Positions 24,987 to 35,207 of a stretch of 64,000 nt of DNA are shown in pieces. The notes under the pieces are model-generated. The model saw only the letters and a program-made list of their open reading frames with translations, did no database searches and was not told the DNA's origin. The first letter of the stretch is position 1; each line of letters opens with the position of its first letter. Source of the DNA: a virus (lineage: Duplodnaviria; Caudoviricetes); IMG/VR virus record IMGVR_UViG_3300027759_000044; one strand, 5' to 3'. The position numbers were made by a program, and so were the translations under genes.

Positions 24987-27317
24987 ATGGCTAAAAATCA
25001 AGAATCAATCAACCGCTCATTATTTGAACTATTACGTAGTAGAGGGTATGCACCGACACTATTAGATACTTCTGGTAAAGAAATCCCAGTCCCAGAAGAA
25101 GCAGAAGTATTTCAGTTTAAATTCACAAAAGACGGGGAAGAATACGGGACAGTAACAGCATCCATTGACGGATTACATAAATTAATAATTTACTTTGGTG
25201 ATGATGTTGCTAATAGTGCTAAGGGTGAAGGTACAGACGATGATTGGTCTGATTTTATCAAAAAAGTTAAGAAATTCAAAAAATCTAAACTAAAAGAAAG
25301 TAGTGGTGACGATTCTTGGTACAAACTATTGAATCACCTAAAGCGTTTTTCACAGCAACATCAATTGAGTTTTGAAGTTAAAAATAGAGACCATTTAAAA
25401 TATGATATGGCAAAAAGGGAACATATGAAAAAGCAAGAAAAAATTTCAGAAGGCTATTATCCAATGGGTAAAAAGGCTAGTTATAATGACAATATTCCAA
25501 CTGTTAAGATTGTTATTGAACATAGTCGTACAATTGAAGAAGGTGAACAGCGTTATCGTAATGTAAACCGTATCTTTTTAGAGAATACACAAGGTGAAAG
25601 AATTCTTGCCCCTACAACTAAGCCTGGTGTTGCTCAGATATATGCCCGTCATTTAGCTGAAGGTGGTATGCCACACGATGATCGTTGGAATCATATTATT
25701 GGTCTATGTGAAGAATATAATAAGATGGGTGCATTTGTTCGTGCTACCCGTAACAACCAATTCAATGAATCAGCACAGCAATTAGTTAATGAAGGTATTA
25801 ACCACTATCAAAGTTTAAGAGAATCATTAAGCAAGATGCGTGGTGCACGTGGTTACAATGCGTATTTTGAATCATACACTCCTCCATTAATGGAAGATGA
25901 AAGTGAAGAAAACAATTTGAATGAGTTGTTTGTACAAGAAACATTAGACCCACGTATTGAAAGCGTAATGCCAATATTGAATAAGCTACATAAGAAAGTA
26001 GCAGAGATGAAAGAAGTTAATGAATTAAGTGAGTGGGCCGATAGTTTAACTGAAATTGCTTTAGAAGAAGGTGAGCTTGGTCAAGCAGTAGGCACTGCAG
26101 CCGGAACTGTTCTTGGTGCAAGATTGGGCCCAGCTGGTTCAGCAATAGGCGGTGCGGTAGGTGGAGAGATTGGTGATTTTGCAGGTGATATGGCTGGCGA
26201 TGCTTTGGGCATAGATGAAGAAGTAGACAAGGGTATTTTAGATACTGTTAAGAAAATTGGTAGTAAAGTAAAAGATGTTGCAAGTACCGCATTTGACAAA
26301 TTAGGCGGCGGCACTGAAGAAGACCTAATTAGAAAATTACAACAAGATGCAGGTGTAGAGCAGACTGGTAAAAAACCAGAACCAAAAGATAAACCGGTTG
26401 GTGAAGGTAAAGGTATATTAGACCGTAGTCGTGAGCAACAAGCCGCCAACAAAATTGAAAAACCTGCAGTATGGCGTAAAGAGCAAGATAGTTTTTCCAT
26501 ACATAAAAGTAATAATGATGACGACGGAGCTGTTAAAGTACAGGGTTCTAACTGGAAAGTTACTCCGGACGATTTAAAGATGGCTGATGAAAAAAATATG
26601 ACTAGTTCATCTAGTATGGCAGCATTGAGGAAAAACTTAAGTAATATTGAAGAAGTTGACATGGGTCAAGCTGACAGTTCATTAAGAAATGATCCAAAAC
26701 AAAGCAATGATAAAATGGATCATTTTACTGCGTTAGATAAAGCATCAAAGAAAATGGGACACAATCATTTTATGGATGTACCTGATGACAAACTTGAAGC
26801 ACTTAGATCAATGGTTAAAAGATTTAGAGCCGGCGAAGAAGTTGATGAAAGCGCACTACAAGCATCTTTTGGGTACGATAAGTACGGTGAAGATGGTATG
26901 GAAGCACTACAGGACGCTGGTCGTAAAGGTGCTAGTGAGAAAAAAATGCAAAATATTCGTGCTGAATTTAGTGATAAAGAAAAACCTGTAACAGAAGATG
27001 GTGAGTTTGCCGGTGACTATGCTACAGGTGAAGCAGGACAATGGCGTAACAAAGGTCCTAAAGCTAACAAGCCAGCAACGATTGGTGATCTAGTTGGTGA
27101 AGGCGAAGAAAAAAATCCTCTTGATCCGTGGAAGAATGTTAATCCTAGAGTTGATAATCCAAAAATTAAAGGTACTGATAACCGTGCCAAATCAGGATAC
27201 TATCCTACTCCAAAACCCCCTGTTAAGAAATTAGATACGCCGTTAACTAATGAAACAGTAATAGAAGGTTTAGATGATTTAGCAAGAATATTAAATATTG
27301 CTGGAATTAGAAAATAA
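24987..27317 (+). CDS. Large acidic late protein, probable prohead core/internal protein
   Basis: Late promoter; many hydrophobic-x-E(G/S/E/D) sites; glycine zipper; C-terminal LARILNIAGI. Confidence 0.45.
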   Translation: MAKNQESINRSLFELLRSRGYAPTLLDTSGKEIPVPEEAEVFQFKFTKDGEEYGTVTASIDGLHKLIIYFGDDVANSAKGEGTDDDWSDFIKKVKKFKKSKLKESSGDDSWYKLLNHLKRFSQQHQLSFEVKNRDHLKYDMAKREHMKKQEKISEGYYPMGKKASYNDNIPTVKIVIEHSRTIEEGEQRYRNVNRIFLENTQGERILAPTTKPGVAQIYARHLAEGGMPHDDRWNHIIGLCEEYNKMGAFVRATRNNQFNESAQQLVNEGINHYQSLRESLSKMRGARGYNAYFESYTPPLMEDESEENNLNELFVQETLDPRIESVMPILNKLHKKVAEMKEVNELSEWADSLTEIALEEGELGQAVGTAAGTVLGARLGPAGSAIGGAVGGEIGDFAGDMAGDALGIDEEVDKGILDTVKKIGSKVKDVASTAFDKLGGGTEEDLIRKLQQDAGVEQTGKKPEPKDKPVGEGKGILDRSREQQAANKIEKPAVWRKEQDSFSIHKSNNDDDGAVKVQGSNWKVTPDDLKMADEKNMTSSSSMAALRKNLSNIEEVDMGQADSSLRNDPKQSNDKMDHFTALDKASKKMGHNHFMDVPDDKLEALRSMVKRFRAGEEVDESALQASFGYDKYGEDGMEALQDAGRKGASEKKMQNIRAEFSDKEKPVTEDGEFAGDYATGEAGQWRNKGPKANKPATIGDLVGEGEEKNPLDPWKNVNPRVDNPKIKGTDNRAKSGYYPTPKPPVKKLDTPLTNETVIEGLDDLARILNIAGIRK

Positions 27318-27333
27318 GATTTGGATTGAACAC

Positions 27334-29028
27334 ATGAAGATTATTTCATTATTGGGTGAAGCTGGAGTAGGAAATAAAGCTAACCTATCTGTAGACCAGG
27401 ATTTGCTATATAAAGCCAAGCAAAAATATCCACAATATAGTGGAGAACAAGCCTTAACTTTATATATAGCTGATGAAATGAAAGAGAAAGACAAAACTGA
27501 TTCAAATCAAAATAGATTAATAGATACACAAAAACGTGAAAATGAACGGTTAAGAAGTGTAGTAGATAATTTGGGTCAAACAGTAGAACAAGAAATACAA
27601 CAAGTAGCACAACAGGCTGAAATAAATGATAATGAAATTTCACGTATTAAACAACTTACCGGAACACTATCTCAGGGTGGTACTGATACTCAACGTAAGG
27701 CAAAACTAAGTTCTGATGATCTAGAAAAACTTCAAAAAGAATTAGAACAATTAAAAACTAAACCTGGTATGGATTCAGAGAAGTTTAATCAGTTAAAAAA
27801 GCAAATTGAAACTATGGTTTCTAATCCATCAATAGATGATAAAGAATTATCAAAAATAAATTCTTTAGTCAATACACTTACCCAACAAAGACAAGTTGGA
27901 GATACCTTATATAAAAAAATAGAAGACCAATTACGTAAGACGCAATCTGATTTAGATAAAAAAGAAGGTAGATTTTCAAAATATATTGAAAAGAAAAAGG
28001 GCGAAATAGGTACAATTCAACAACAAAATGCCGGCGAAATAAAAAAATATTCTGATATTGTTAAAAGTTATCAACAAGATATTGAAAAATTTAATTCACA
28101 AGTAGAAAAACTAAACAAAGATAGAGAATTTATCAATAATGAAAAACAAATTATAGTAAATTTGAGAGGTGAGGTTCAACAAAATGCCGAAATAATTCAG
28201 CAGAATGCTGATAATATTAACAACGATTCAAAAGAAGCCGCAGAATTGTTAAAGGTAATTAAACAACTATATACTAAAAATATCAAGGATATAGATGATA
28301 CACCTTCTACATCTGATGTAGATGATACACCTTCTACATCTGATGCGGATAATATTATACCTAGTAGGGATGATATTCGTAAAGTTTATAAAGATAATAT
28401 ATCTCAGTCTGATAATCAGGCGACTACTGATACTGATACTGAACCTTCAAAACAAAAAGATAATGTTGTACCATTTCCAACTCAAGCAGAATTAGCAGGT
28501 TTATACCCTAAAGGTGGTACTGTTGATGCTACCACTGATGATAAGAGTGCCAATAATGATGATGGAATAGTTGGATATGATCGTCGGGCTAAACTTGTAA
28601 AAACAGGTACGGATGAAAGTCTATTAGAATATGAAAATCAACCATTTAAAATATACAAAAATTGGGGAGATCCTCGTTTCAATAAATGGATGAAAGATAA
28701 TTTATCTATGTTAATTACATTGTTTAAAAATAAATTCAGAGAAGAATTATCAAATAAAAATCCTAAGTACGGTGATGGTCAAATATCATATAGTATACAA
28801 GAAGAAGCTTGGTATCTCAAAGAAATATTTGAAAATAAAGAAGATTCTATATTAACTAGAGAAAAAATGGATAGTTATTTAACTTTAGTTAAAAGAACAT
28901 TGTTTAGTCAACCGTCGAACTCAACATTGTATATGCAACCAAATGATTTGTTTAATGAAAGCCTAGCTAAAACATATGCCCGTATGTTGGATAACATCAT
29001 TGGTTTAGATTACATCAAAAAGGGTTAA
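27334..29028 (+). CDS. Long coiled-coil protein
   Basis: Heptad-rich Q/K/E sequence; start placed at ATG 27334. Confidence 0.6.
   Translation: MKIISLLGEAGVGNKANLSVDQDLLYKAKQKYPQYSGEQALTLYIADEMKEKDKTDSNQNRLIDTQKRENERLRSVVDNLGQTVEQEIQQVAQQAEINDNEISRIKQLTGTLSQGGTDTQRKAKLSSDDLEKLQKELEQLKTKPGMDSEKFNQLKKQIETMVSNPSIDDKELSKINSLVNTLTQQRQVGDTLYKKIEDQLRKTQSDLDKKEGRFSKYIEKKKGEIGTIQQQNAGEIKKYSDIVKSYQQDIEKFNSQVEKLNKDREFINNEKQIIVNLRGEVQQNAEIIQQNADNINNDSKEAAELLKVIKQLYTKNIKDIDDTPSTSDVDDTPSTSDADNIIPSRDDIRKVYKDNISQSDNQATTDTDTEPSKQKDNVVPFPTQAELAGLYPKGGTVDATTDDKSANNDDGIVGYDRRAKLVKTGTDESLLEYENQPFKIYKNWGDPRFNKWMKDNLSMLITLFKNKFREELSNKNPKYGDGQISYSIQEEAWYLKEIFENKEDSILTREKMDSYLTLVKRTLFSQPSNSTLYMQPNDLFNESLAKTYARMLDNIIGLDYIKKG
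28292..28345 (+). repeat. 2 x 27-bp in-frame tandem repeat
   Basis: TAGATGATACACCTTCTACATCTGATG twice (DDTPSTSD). Confidence 0.95.
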
Positions 29029-29065
29029 AAACCTGTACAAAAAAATGTGTTTACCCACAAACGGG

Positions 29066-29104
29066 ATAAATACTATTGACATTGAGAGTTAGCTATGCTA
29101 TACT
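29066..29104 (+). promoter_or_regulatory. Tandem late (ATAAATA) and sigma70 (TTGACA-17-TATACT) promoters of the SSB gene
   Basis: ATAAATA 29066, TTGACA 29076, TATACT 29099. Confidence 0.7.
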
Positions 29105-29182
29105 AACTCTTATGTTAGTCGCTTCATAGGGAAGCGGCGAATATTAAAAACGAGACCATCTCAATTTATAAGGAAATTTATC

Positions 29183-30187
29183 ATGGCATCATTAGCAGAG
29201 ATTCGTGCCCGTATTGCGGCACAAGAAAACAAATCAAATTCTGGTTCAACACAGAAACAATCAGATAACTCTATCTACCCTCATTGGAATATGGACGAAG
29301 GCACAACAGCCACAATGCGTCTATTGCCTGACGCAGATAGCAATAACCCATACTTCTGGGTAGAACGACAAATTATTAAACTTCCATTCAATGGGGTTAA
29401 AGGTGATTCTAATATTAAACGTATTGAGGTTCAAGTACCTTGCGTTGAAATGTATGATCCCAAAGCACAATGCCCAATCTTAACTGAGGTTCGTCCTTGG
29501 TATAAAGATGAAACATTAAAAGAGTTAGCAAACAAATACTGGAAGAAACGCAGTTACTTGTTTCAAGGTTTTGTTCGTCAAAACCCAATTGGTGATGACA
29601 AGACACCAGCTAACCCAATTCGTAGGTTCATTATTAGTCCACAAATCTTTACAATCATTAAAGCAAGTTTGATGGATCCTGAGATGGAAGAATTGCCAAC
29701 AGACTTTATGCGTGGTCTTGATTTGAATATTAAGAAAACAAGTAAGGGTGGATATGCTGATTACTCAACAAGTAATTGGGCACGTAAAGAGTCAGCATTG
29801 ACTGAAGCAGAGCAAGCCGCTATTGAAGCACATGGTTTATACAATTTGGCAGAGTTCTTGCCAAAGCGTCCTGGTGAAGCAGAGTTGCGTATCATCAAAG
29901 AAATGTTTGACGCAAGTGTAGACGGTCAACCATATGACTTAGAGCGTTGGGGTAGTTACTATCGTCCTTGGGGACTAGAAGCACCTGCAGGAGCAACCGC
30001 GGAAAAACAAACAGCTACTACTGAAACTAGAGCACCCGCAACCGCCCCCGTAGCAGAAACTTCAGCACCATGGGAAGATGACGCTGTAGCAGCCGCAGAA
30101 TCAATTAAGATTCCAACAGCACAACCTTCAAGCGACAAAGCACAAGACATTCTAGCAATGATTCGTGCTAGACAAAACAAGTCTTAA
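29183..30187 (+). CDS. ssDNA-binding protein (T4 gp32-like)
   Basis: RLLPD..PYFWVE, CPIL...WY...YWKKRSY..., G.DLNIKK..KGGYADYSTS.W; lies in the recombination cluster. Confidence 0.85.
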   Translation: MASLAEIRARIAAQENKSNSGSTQKQSDNSIYPHWNMDEGTTATMRLLPDADSNNPYFWVERQIIKLPFNGVKGDSNIKRIEVQVPCVEMYDPKAQCPILTEVRPWYKDETLKELANKYWKKRSYLFQGFVRQNPIGDDKTPANPIRRFIISPQIFTIIKASLMDPEMEELPTDFMRGLDLNIKKTSKGGYADYSTSNWARKESALTEAEQAAIEAHGLYNLAEFLPKRPGEAELRIIKEMFDASVDGQPYDLERWGSYYRPWGLEAPAGATAEKQTATTETRAPATAPVAETSAPWEDDAVAAAESIKIPTAQPSSDKAQDILAMIRARQNKS

Positions 30188-30228
30188 AAGGTAGTAGGGA
30201 GCATTGCTCCCTACCTAAGGAGAACTCC

Positions 30229-30462
30229 ATGACATTACCAGACGAAAGATACCGCGCCATTAAGCAAGGTAAAAAACTATTGGAAGAATTATGCGATCCA
30301 GGTAAGACACCTCGTGTACCTAGTATCATTAGAGATAGGGCTAGAGGTGCATTACGTCATTATCCAAATGATTGGGAATTAGAATCTATCGCAGAAAAAT
30401 GTCCAGATATACTAGACAAGCAAACATTTAGTGTATATACTAACGGTGTACACGTAAAATAA
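30229..30462 (+). CDS. Hypothetical protein
   Basis: AGGAG RBS. Confidence 0.65.
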   Translation: MTLPDERYRAIKQGKKLLEELCDPGKTPRVPSIIRDRARGALRHYPNDWELESIAEKCPDILDKQTFSVYTNGVHVK

Positions 30463-30474
30463 AAGGAATATAAA

Positions 30475-30666
30475 ATGAAATACCTAGAAAAATTAAACAA
30501 AGTAAATGAATCATTTACCATCAATCGTTATACTAATGGTTATATGATTGAAGTAGGTGGTAGAGATTCAGAGAATGATTGGAAGAATTACAAATTTCTT
30601 TGCACTACTGATGAAGAACTCTTTGCTGTAATCAAGGAAGCATTAGCACTAGAATTGGATAATTAA
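30475..30666 (+). CDS. Hypothetical protein
   Basis: AAGGA RBS. Confidence 0.6.
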   Translation: MKYLEKLNKVNESFTINRYTNGYMIEVGGRDSENDWKNYKFLCTTDEELFAVIKEALALELDN

Positions 30667-30667
30667 T

Positions 30668-31735
30668 ATGGCAAAACCATTTGATATTAGTAAGTTCCGT
30701 AAGGACATTACAAAAAGTATTGAAGGTCTATCAATAGGATTTAACGATCCTACTGATTGGATCTCGACAGGAAATTATGCTCTCAATTATCTCATTAGCG
30801 GCGACTTTAATAAAGGCGTTCCTCTTGGTAAAGTTACTGTCTTTGCCGGAGAGTCAGGCGCAGGAAAAAGTTTCATCTGTTCAGGAAACCTCGTCAGACA
30901 CGCACAAGAACAAGGAATCTTTGTAGTCTTAGTTGACTCTGAGAATGCCCTTGACGAAGCATGGCTACACGCACTTGGTGTATCCACTGCAGAAAATAAA
31001 CTATTAAAACTAAACATGGCAATGATTGACGAAGTAGGAAAAACTATTTCTATGTTCGTTAAAGATTACAAAGCACTACCTGAAACAGATCGTCCTAAGG
31101 TATTGTTTGTAGTTGATTCATTAGGTATGTTATTAACACCCACGGACGTTAATCAGTTTGAAGCAGGTGATATGAAAGGTGACATGGGTCGTAAGCCTAA
31201 AGCACTAACAGCACTTGTTCGTAATTGTGTTAATATGTTTGGTTCACTGGGCATTGGCTTAGTAGCAACTAATCACACCTATGCTTCACAAGATATGTTT
31301 GATCCAGATGATAAAATCTCAGGCGGTCAAGGTTTCGTTTACGCATCAAGTATTGTAGTTGCTATGAAGAAACTAAAACTTAAAGAAGATGAAGATGGTA
31401 ATAAGATTAGTGATGTACGAGGTATTCGTGCCGCATGTAAGATTATGAAAACTCGCTATGCGAAACCATTTGAATCTGTTCAAGTTAAGATTCCTTATGA
31501 AACAGGCATGAGTCCCTATTCAGGTCTACTAGATATGATTGAGAAGGCCGAACTTGTTAAGAAAGAAGGTAACAGTCTTGTCTACACAACACTTGATGGT
31601 GAAATTATTAAGAAGTTTCGTAAAGGATGGGAAGCTAATACTGACGGTTGCTTAGATATAGTAATGAGCGAGTATAGTCAAAAATCATCTACAAAGATAA
31701 GTACTGTAACACCTGAGGAGGAGGGTACAGAATGA
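30668..31735 (+). CDS. uvsX: RecA/UvsX recombinase
   Basis: STGNYALN, GESGAGKS, DSENALD, VVDSLG, SGG.G..YASS. Confidence 0.93.
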   Translation: MAKPFDISKFRKDITKSIEGLSIGFNDPTDWISTGNYALNYLISGDFNKGVPLGKVTVFAGESGAGKSFICSGNLVRHAQEQGIFVVLVDSENALDEAWLHALGVSTAENKLLKLNMAMIDEVGKTISMFVKDYKALPETDRPKVLFVVDSLGMLLTPTDVNQFEAGDMKGDMGRKPKALTALVRNCVNMFGSLGIGLVATNHTYASQDMFDPDDKISGGQGFVYASSIVVAMKKLKLKEDEDGNKISDVRGIRAACKIMKTRYAKPFESVQVKIPYETGMSPYSGLLDMIEKAELVKKEGNSLVYTTLDGEIIKKFRKGWEANTDGCLDIVMSEYSQKSSTKISTVTPEEEGTE

Positions 31736-31980
31736 GTTTAGATTTTGTTGCTGAAGTTTGGGATGCACTACGCACACACATTGATTTCAATGACCGTAGT
31801 GATGCCGCAGATACACTTATCAATCTATTGATTGACAACAACTACGAAACCGACGATATCAAAGATGCGTTCAAAGGCGACAAGGAAGTGCTTAAGGCAT
31901 TGAAAGGTTATGCGGAACAACACGATGATGTTGAAGATGACTACGAAGAAGAAGACGAAGACCAAGACGATTGGAATTAA
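31732..31980 (+). CDS. Hypothetical acidic protein
   Basis: ATGA-coupled to uvsX. Confidence 0.65.
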   Translation: MSLDFVAEVWDALRTHIDFNDRSDAADTLINLLIDNNYETDDIKDAFKGDKEVLKALKGYAEQHDDVEDDYEEEDEDQDDWN

Positions 31981-32442
31981 ATGTCAAATTGGTATACAAG
32001 GATCACCGCTAATTTAGTTGTGATACCCGATTTTATTTCACACTATGACAATGAAATAATTTCCGCAAAAAGTGATGTAAAGGTATACGGCAATCTTGAA
32101 AAGAATATTGCCGCATTACCCGGAATCACAGAACATAGATTTAACCAACTACAAGAGATAGAAGCAGTATTAAATTATCTCAATATTCAATTACGGAAAA
32201 TTCGCCGAAAGCATTTTCAAAAATACTTAGAAGCGTATAATAGAGCATTGACAAGCCGTGATGCTGAGAAGTATGTTGATGGTGAGGATGAAGTAGTTGA
32301 CTTTGAAACACTTATCAATGAAGTAGCATTACTACGCAATCGTTGGTTAGGTATAATGAAGGGCCTTGAAGCTAAACAATGGCAAATGGGACATATCGTA
32401 AGATTACGCACAGCAGGCATGGAGGATATCACAATTGGCTAA
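31981..32442 (+). CDS. uvsY: UvsY-like recombination mediator
   Basis: Helical 153 aa with DAEKYVDGE...LLRNRWLGIMKGL..K.W pattern; next to uvsX. Confidence 0.6.
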   Translation: MSNWYTRITANLVVIPDFISHYDNEIISAKSDVKVYGNLEKNIAALPGITEHRFNQLQEIEAVLNYLNIQLRKIRRKHFQKYLEAYNRALTSRDAEKYVDGEDEVVDFETLINEVALLRNRWLGIMKGLEAKQWQMGHIVRLRTAGMEDITIG

Positions 32443-33271
32443 TACATATAGCAGTAACACAATAACATTGACTGGATCTGGAGGTAGTGGGATGAATTCT
32501 ATCAGTCCGCACTCTATAAGCCCGTTATCTATAAATTCATTATCACATAACTCATCTATTACGTTGGATGATACTTATCTTAATAATTTGTTTAAAAACA
32601 TTAATAGAAGTGACTATGTAAAAAGATATGAAGTAATAGAAGCCACTGAAGATATATTAGCATTAAGTGTTGCTTGGAAACGATTGCGTGATACAAAAAA
32701 TGAATCAATACAAACTGGTATTACTACATTATTAGATGATAACTTATTCAGAAAAATAGAAGAACCTGACAGGATTCGTGCTAATGAGATAAGAGATTAT
32801 TTCAGCAAAAAAATTATGTTATGGACTCTTAAAAGTGTTAAGTTATCCGCCTATAGACAAGACCTAAATAAATTTATTCATGGTGATGGCAAAAAAGTCA
32901 CAGAAGAATTGTTACCACTCATTTATAGATTGCCTGAGTTCTACGAATATGATGTTCAATTCGACCAGTTCAAAAGAGAAGTTAATGTAGAAATAACTAA
33001 TTTTGGTAAGATAGATAGTGTTAAAAAAATCACTACACTAACTCCTGTTACAAGTTTTTACAAAACCAACAAACGGGTAAAACATTTTGAATATTGGTTA
33101 AAGGATAACAATGACAATGCTCATTTGATTACAATCGAACCAAAGAATCCGTTAAAGCATATTTGGGATAAGATTTTTACTAATGGTCAATTACGTATTG
33201 AAGCTACATGCTACCCTAAAAAGTATGATGAATTACAATACTTTCAGTTACTAAATTGGTCGGTAGCCTAA
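32435..33271 (+). CDS. Hypothetical protein
   Basis: 278-aa ORF with Ser-rich N-terminus. Confidence 0.65.
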   Translation: MANTYSSNTITLTGSGGSGMNSISPHSISPLSINSLSHNSSITLDDTYLNNLFKNINRSDYVKRYEVIEATEDILALSVAWKRLRDTKNESIQTGITTLLDDNLFRKIEEPDRIRANEIRDYFSKKIMLWTLKSVKLSAYRQDLNKFIHGDGKKVTEELLPLIYRLPEFYEYDVQFDQFKREVNVEITNFGKIDSVKKITTLTPVTSFYKTNKRVKHFEYWLKDNNDNAHLITIEPKNPLKHIWDKIFTNGQLRIEATCYPKKYDELQYFQLLNWSVA

Positions 33272-33273
33272 AT

Positions 33274-33302
33274 TTGACAATAAATGGCTTTTAGTATACA
33301 AT
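33274..33302 (+). promoter_or_regulatory. Early promoter
   Basis: TTGACAATAAAT...TACAAT, 17-bp spacer. Confidence 0.8.
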
Positions 33303-33329
33303 AGAGTTTTATTCAGTTGAAAGGGTCTT

Positions 33330-33542
33330 ATGGGTTACAAAGTTGTTGCTGACAAATATCAGATGGACGAAATGCGTACAAAGTATGGTCCACGTAACGG
33401 TCTAGAAGGACCGTTCAATTTCTCCGGAAGAGTGTTGTATTATGACAACAAAGAAGGCCAATACTACGATCCTAGGAGTGATTTCTACGTGGAACAGTCA
33501 GAAATGAATGAAATTCATGCTAGTTTGATAGCCAAAATTTGA
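33330..33542 (+). CDS. Hypothetical early protein
   Basis: Has its own promoter. Confidence 0.65.
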   Translation: MGYKVVADKYQMDEMRTKYGPRNGLEGPFNFSGRVLYYDNKEGQYYDPRSDFYVEQSEMNEIHASLIAKI

Positions 33543-33567
33543 CAATAAATGGATTTGGCGCTATAAT
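33539..33567 (+). promoter_or_regulatory. Early promoter
   Basis: TTGACAATAAAT...TATAAT, 17-bp spacer. Confidence 0.8.
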
Positions 33568-33600
33568 AGAATCTTAGACAGTAAAGAAAAGGACTACGAA

Positions 33601-33978
33601 ATGACTACAGAATTCAAATCTTGGGAAGAATTGACAACTTTAGAGCAGTATTCCAGCATCTACTGGGATATGTATAAAGATGCTTTTGGCATTCGTCCCC
33701 GAGGTATTGATACTTCTGCCTGGACTGAAGCAGACTTTCAGGCCGAGTTTAAAGAGTTGGGTGAGGTCATTGACCGTGAAGAAAAGATCCGTGTTGCGGC
33801 ACAAGAAAATGCAATGTTCTCTTTTGAGAAAAGGGTTGATGACCTAATCTTTTCAGGTGCCAGAGACCGTGCAACAGCAATTCGCTGGATCCACGAAGCT
33901 GAGGACACCCAAGGTGATGATGAGTATTTGTGCTATACTTTGGGCTTGCCCTACATGTACTTTCGTAAGGTAGCATAA
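33601..33978 (+). CDS. Hypothetical early protein
   Basis: Has its own promoter; AAGGA RBS. Confidence 0.7.
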   Translation: MTTEFKSWEELTTLEQYSSIYWDMYKDAFGIRPRGIDTSAWTEADFQAEFKELGEVIDREEKIRVAAQENAMFSFEKRVDDLIFSGARDRATAIRWIHEAEDTQGDDEYLCYTLGLPYMYFRKVA

Positions 33979-33979
33979 T

Positions 33980-34008
33980 TTGACAATAAATGGCATTCAT
34001 GCTATAAT
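33980..34008 (+). promoter_or_regulatory. Early promoter
   Basis: TTGACAATAAAT...TATAAT, 17-bp spacer. Confidence 0.8.
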
Positions 34009-34042
34009 ACTTGTATTGATTGATTAACACACAGGAGAAGCT

Positions 34043-35071
34043 ATGTCTACAGTTCGTATTTTGTCAGGTTCATATCGTAATGAAGCAGTTAAAGGTGAAG
34101 TGTTTACACTTGTTAAGGGTTTTCAGACAAGTAAAAAAGGTAGTTATGTGACTGTTAAAAACGATGGTCAGTTCCCGGGTCGTAGTGCTGAGATTAAAAT
34201 CTTAGTAGATGCGATTGATAATATTGAATTTTTAAATGGAGATAAAGTTATGGCTAATGCTGTAGTAGAGTTTAAGAAAGAAGCAGTTAAAGAAACAGAA
34301 CAGGAAGCAATGGACCGTATTGCTACTCGTTTTGAGGTACTTGATGAAATGTCACGTGCATGTATCAATGGTGATATACGTGCTATGATTGTTTCAGGCC
34401 CGCCCGGCGTCGGCAAATCTTATGGTGTTGAGACACAAATGGAGAAAGCAAGTATGTTTGACAAGCTTGCAGGCAAACGTGTGCGTTTTCAAATTGTTAA
34501 AGGTGCTATGACAGCATTGGGCTTGTATACTCAACTGTACAAGTATTCTGACACAAAGAATGTGTTAATTTTTGATGATTGCGATTCAGTTTTTACTGAT
34601 GACTTGAGTTTGAACATTCTTAAGGCCGCACTTGATTCAGGCAAGACTCGTAGAATTTGCTGGAATAGTGATTCACGTTTGTTGCGTGAAGAAGGTATCC
34701 CGAATACTTTCAACTTCAATGGTAGTGCTATCTTTATCACTAACTTGAAATTCGGCAATCTGAAATCTAAGAAATTGCAGGATCACTTAGAGGCTTTGCA
34801 GTCACGTTGTCACTTTCTTGACTTGACAATCGATGGTGATCGTGACAAGATGTTGCGTATCAAGCAAGTACATCGTGATGCTGATGGTGGCTTGTTTAAA
34901 GATTATGATTTTAATGAAGAACAATCACAAACTGTGATTAACTTCATGTGGGACAATCATACTAAATTGCGTGAAGTGTCCTTGCGTATGTGTTTGAAGA
35001 TTGCGGACTTGGTTAAGATCAGTCCCGGCAACTGGCAGAATCTTGCTAAGACAACTTGTATGAAAGCATAA
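34043..35071 (+). CDS. AAA+ ATPase with clamp-loader-like SRC motif
   Basis: GPPGVGKS, LIFDDCD, FITN, ALQSRC. Confidence 0.75.
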   Translation: MSTVRILSGSYRNEAVKGEVFTLVKGFQTSKKGSYVTVKNDGQFPGRSAEIKILVDAIDNIEFLNGDKVMANAVVEFKKEAVKETEQEAMDRIATRFEVLDEMSRACINGDIRAMIVSGPPGVGKSYGVETQMEKASMFDKLAGKRVRFQIVKGAMTALGLYTQLYKYSDTKNVLIFDDCDSVFTDDLSLNILKAALDSGKTRRICWNSDSRLLREEGIPNTFNFNGSAIFITNLKFGNLKSKKLQDHLEALQSRCHFLDLTIDGDRDKMLRIKQVHRDADGGLFKDYDFNEEQSQTVINFMWDNHTKLREVSLRMCLKIADLVKISPGNWQNLAKTTCMKA

Positions 35072-35146
35072 CCCCTGCAGTGTGCGTAACGGCAATGTCA
35101 ATAAGCCCGTTTCGATAAGTTTTTCGTTCCTTCGTTAATCACTTTT

Positions 35147-35171
35147 GAGAGACTTCGGTCTCTCCTTTTTT
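35147..35171 (+). terminator. Intrinsic terminator
   Basis: GAGAGAC-TTCG-GTCTCTC followed by a U-tract. Confidence 0.85.
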
Positions 35172-35207
35172 ATTGATTTTTTGTTTTATTTGTTGTATAA
35201 TTATTGA

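Noticed and set aside
26081-26662. 193-aa minus-strand ORF
   Set aside because: Antisense shadow of the Gly/Ala/Asp-rich part of the 776-aa gene.
30194-30215. GC hairpin after the SSB gene as a terminator
   Set aside because: No U-tract follows; more likely a stabilising or processing stem, so it is not called.
35072-35146. Possible tRNA or ncRNA before the terminator
   Set aside because: No cloverleaf or T-loop; only a weak AACGG/CCGTT stem, so probably an ordinary 3' UTR.
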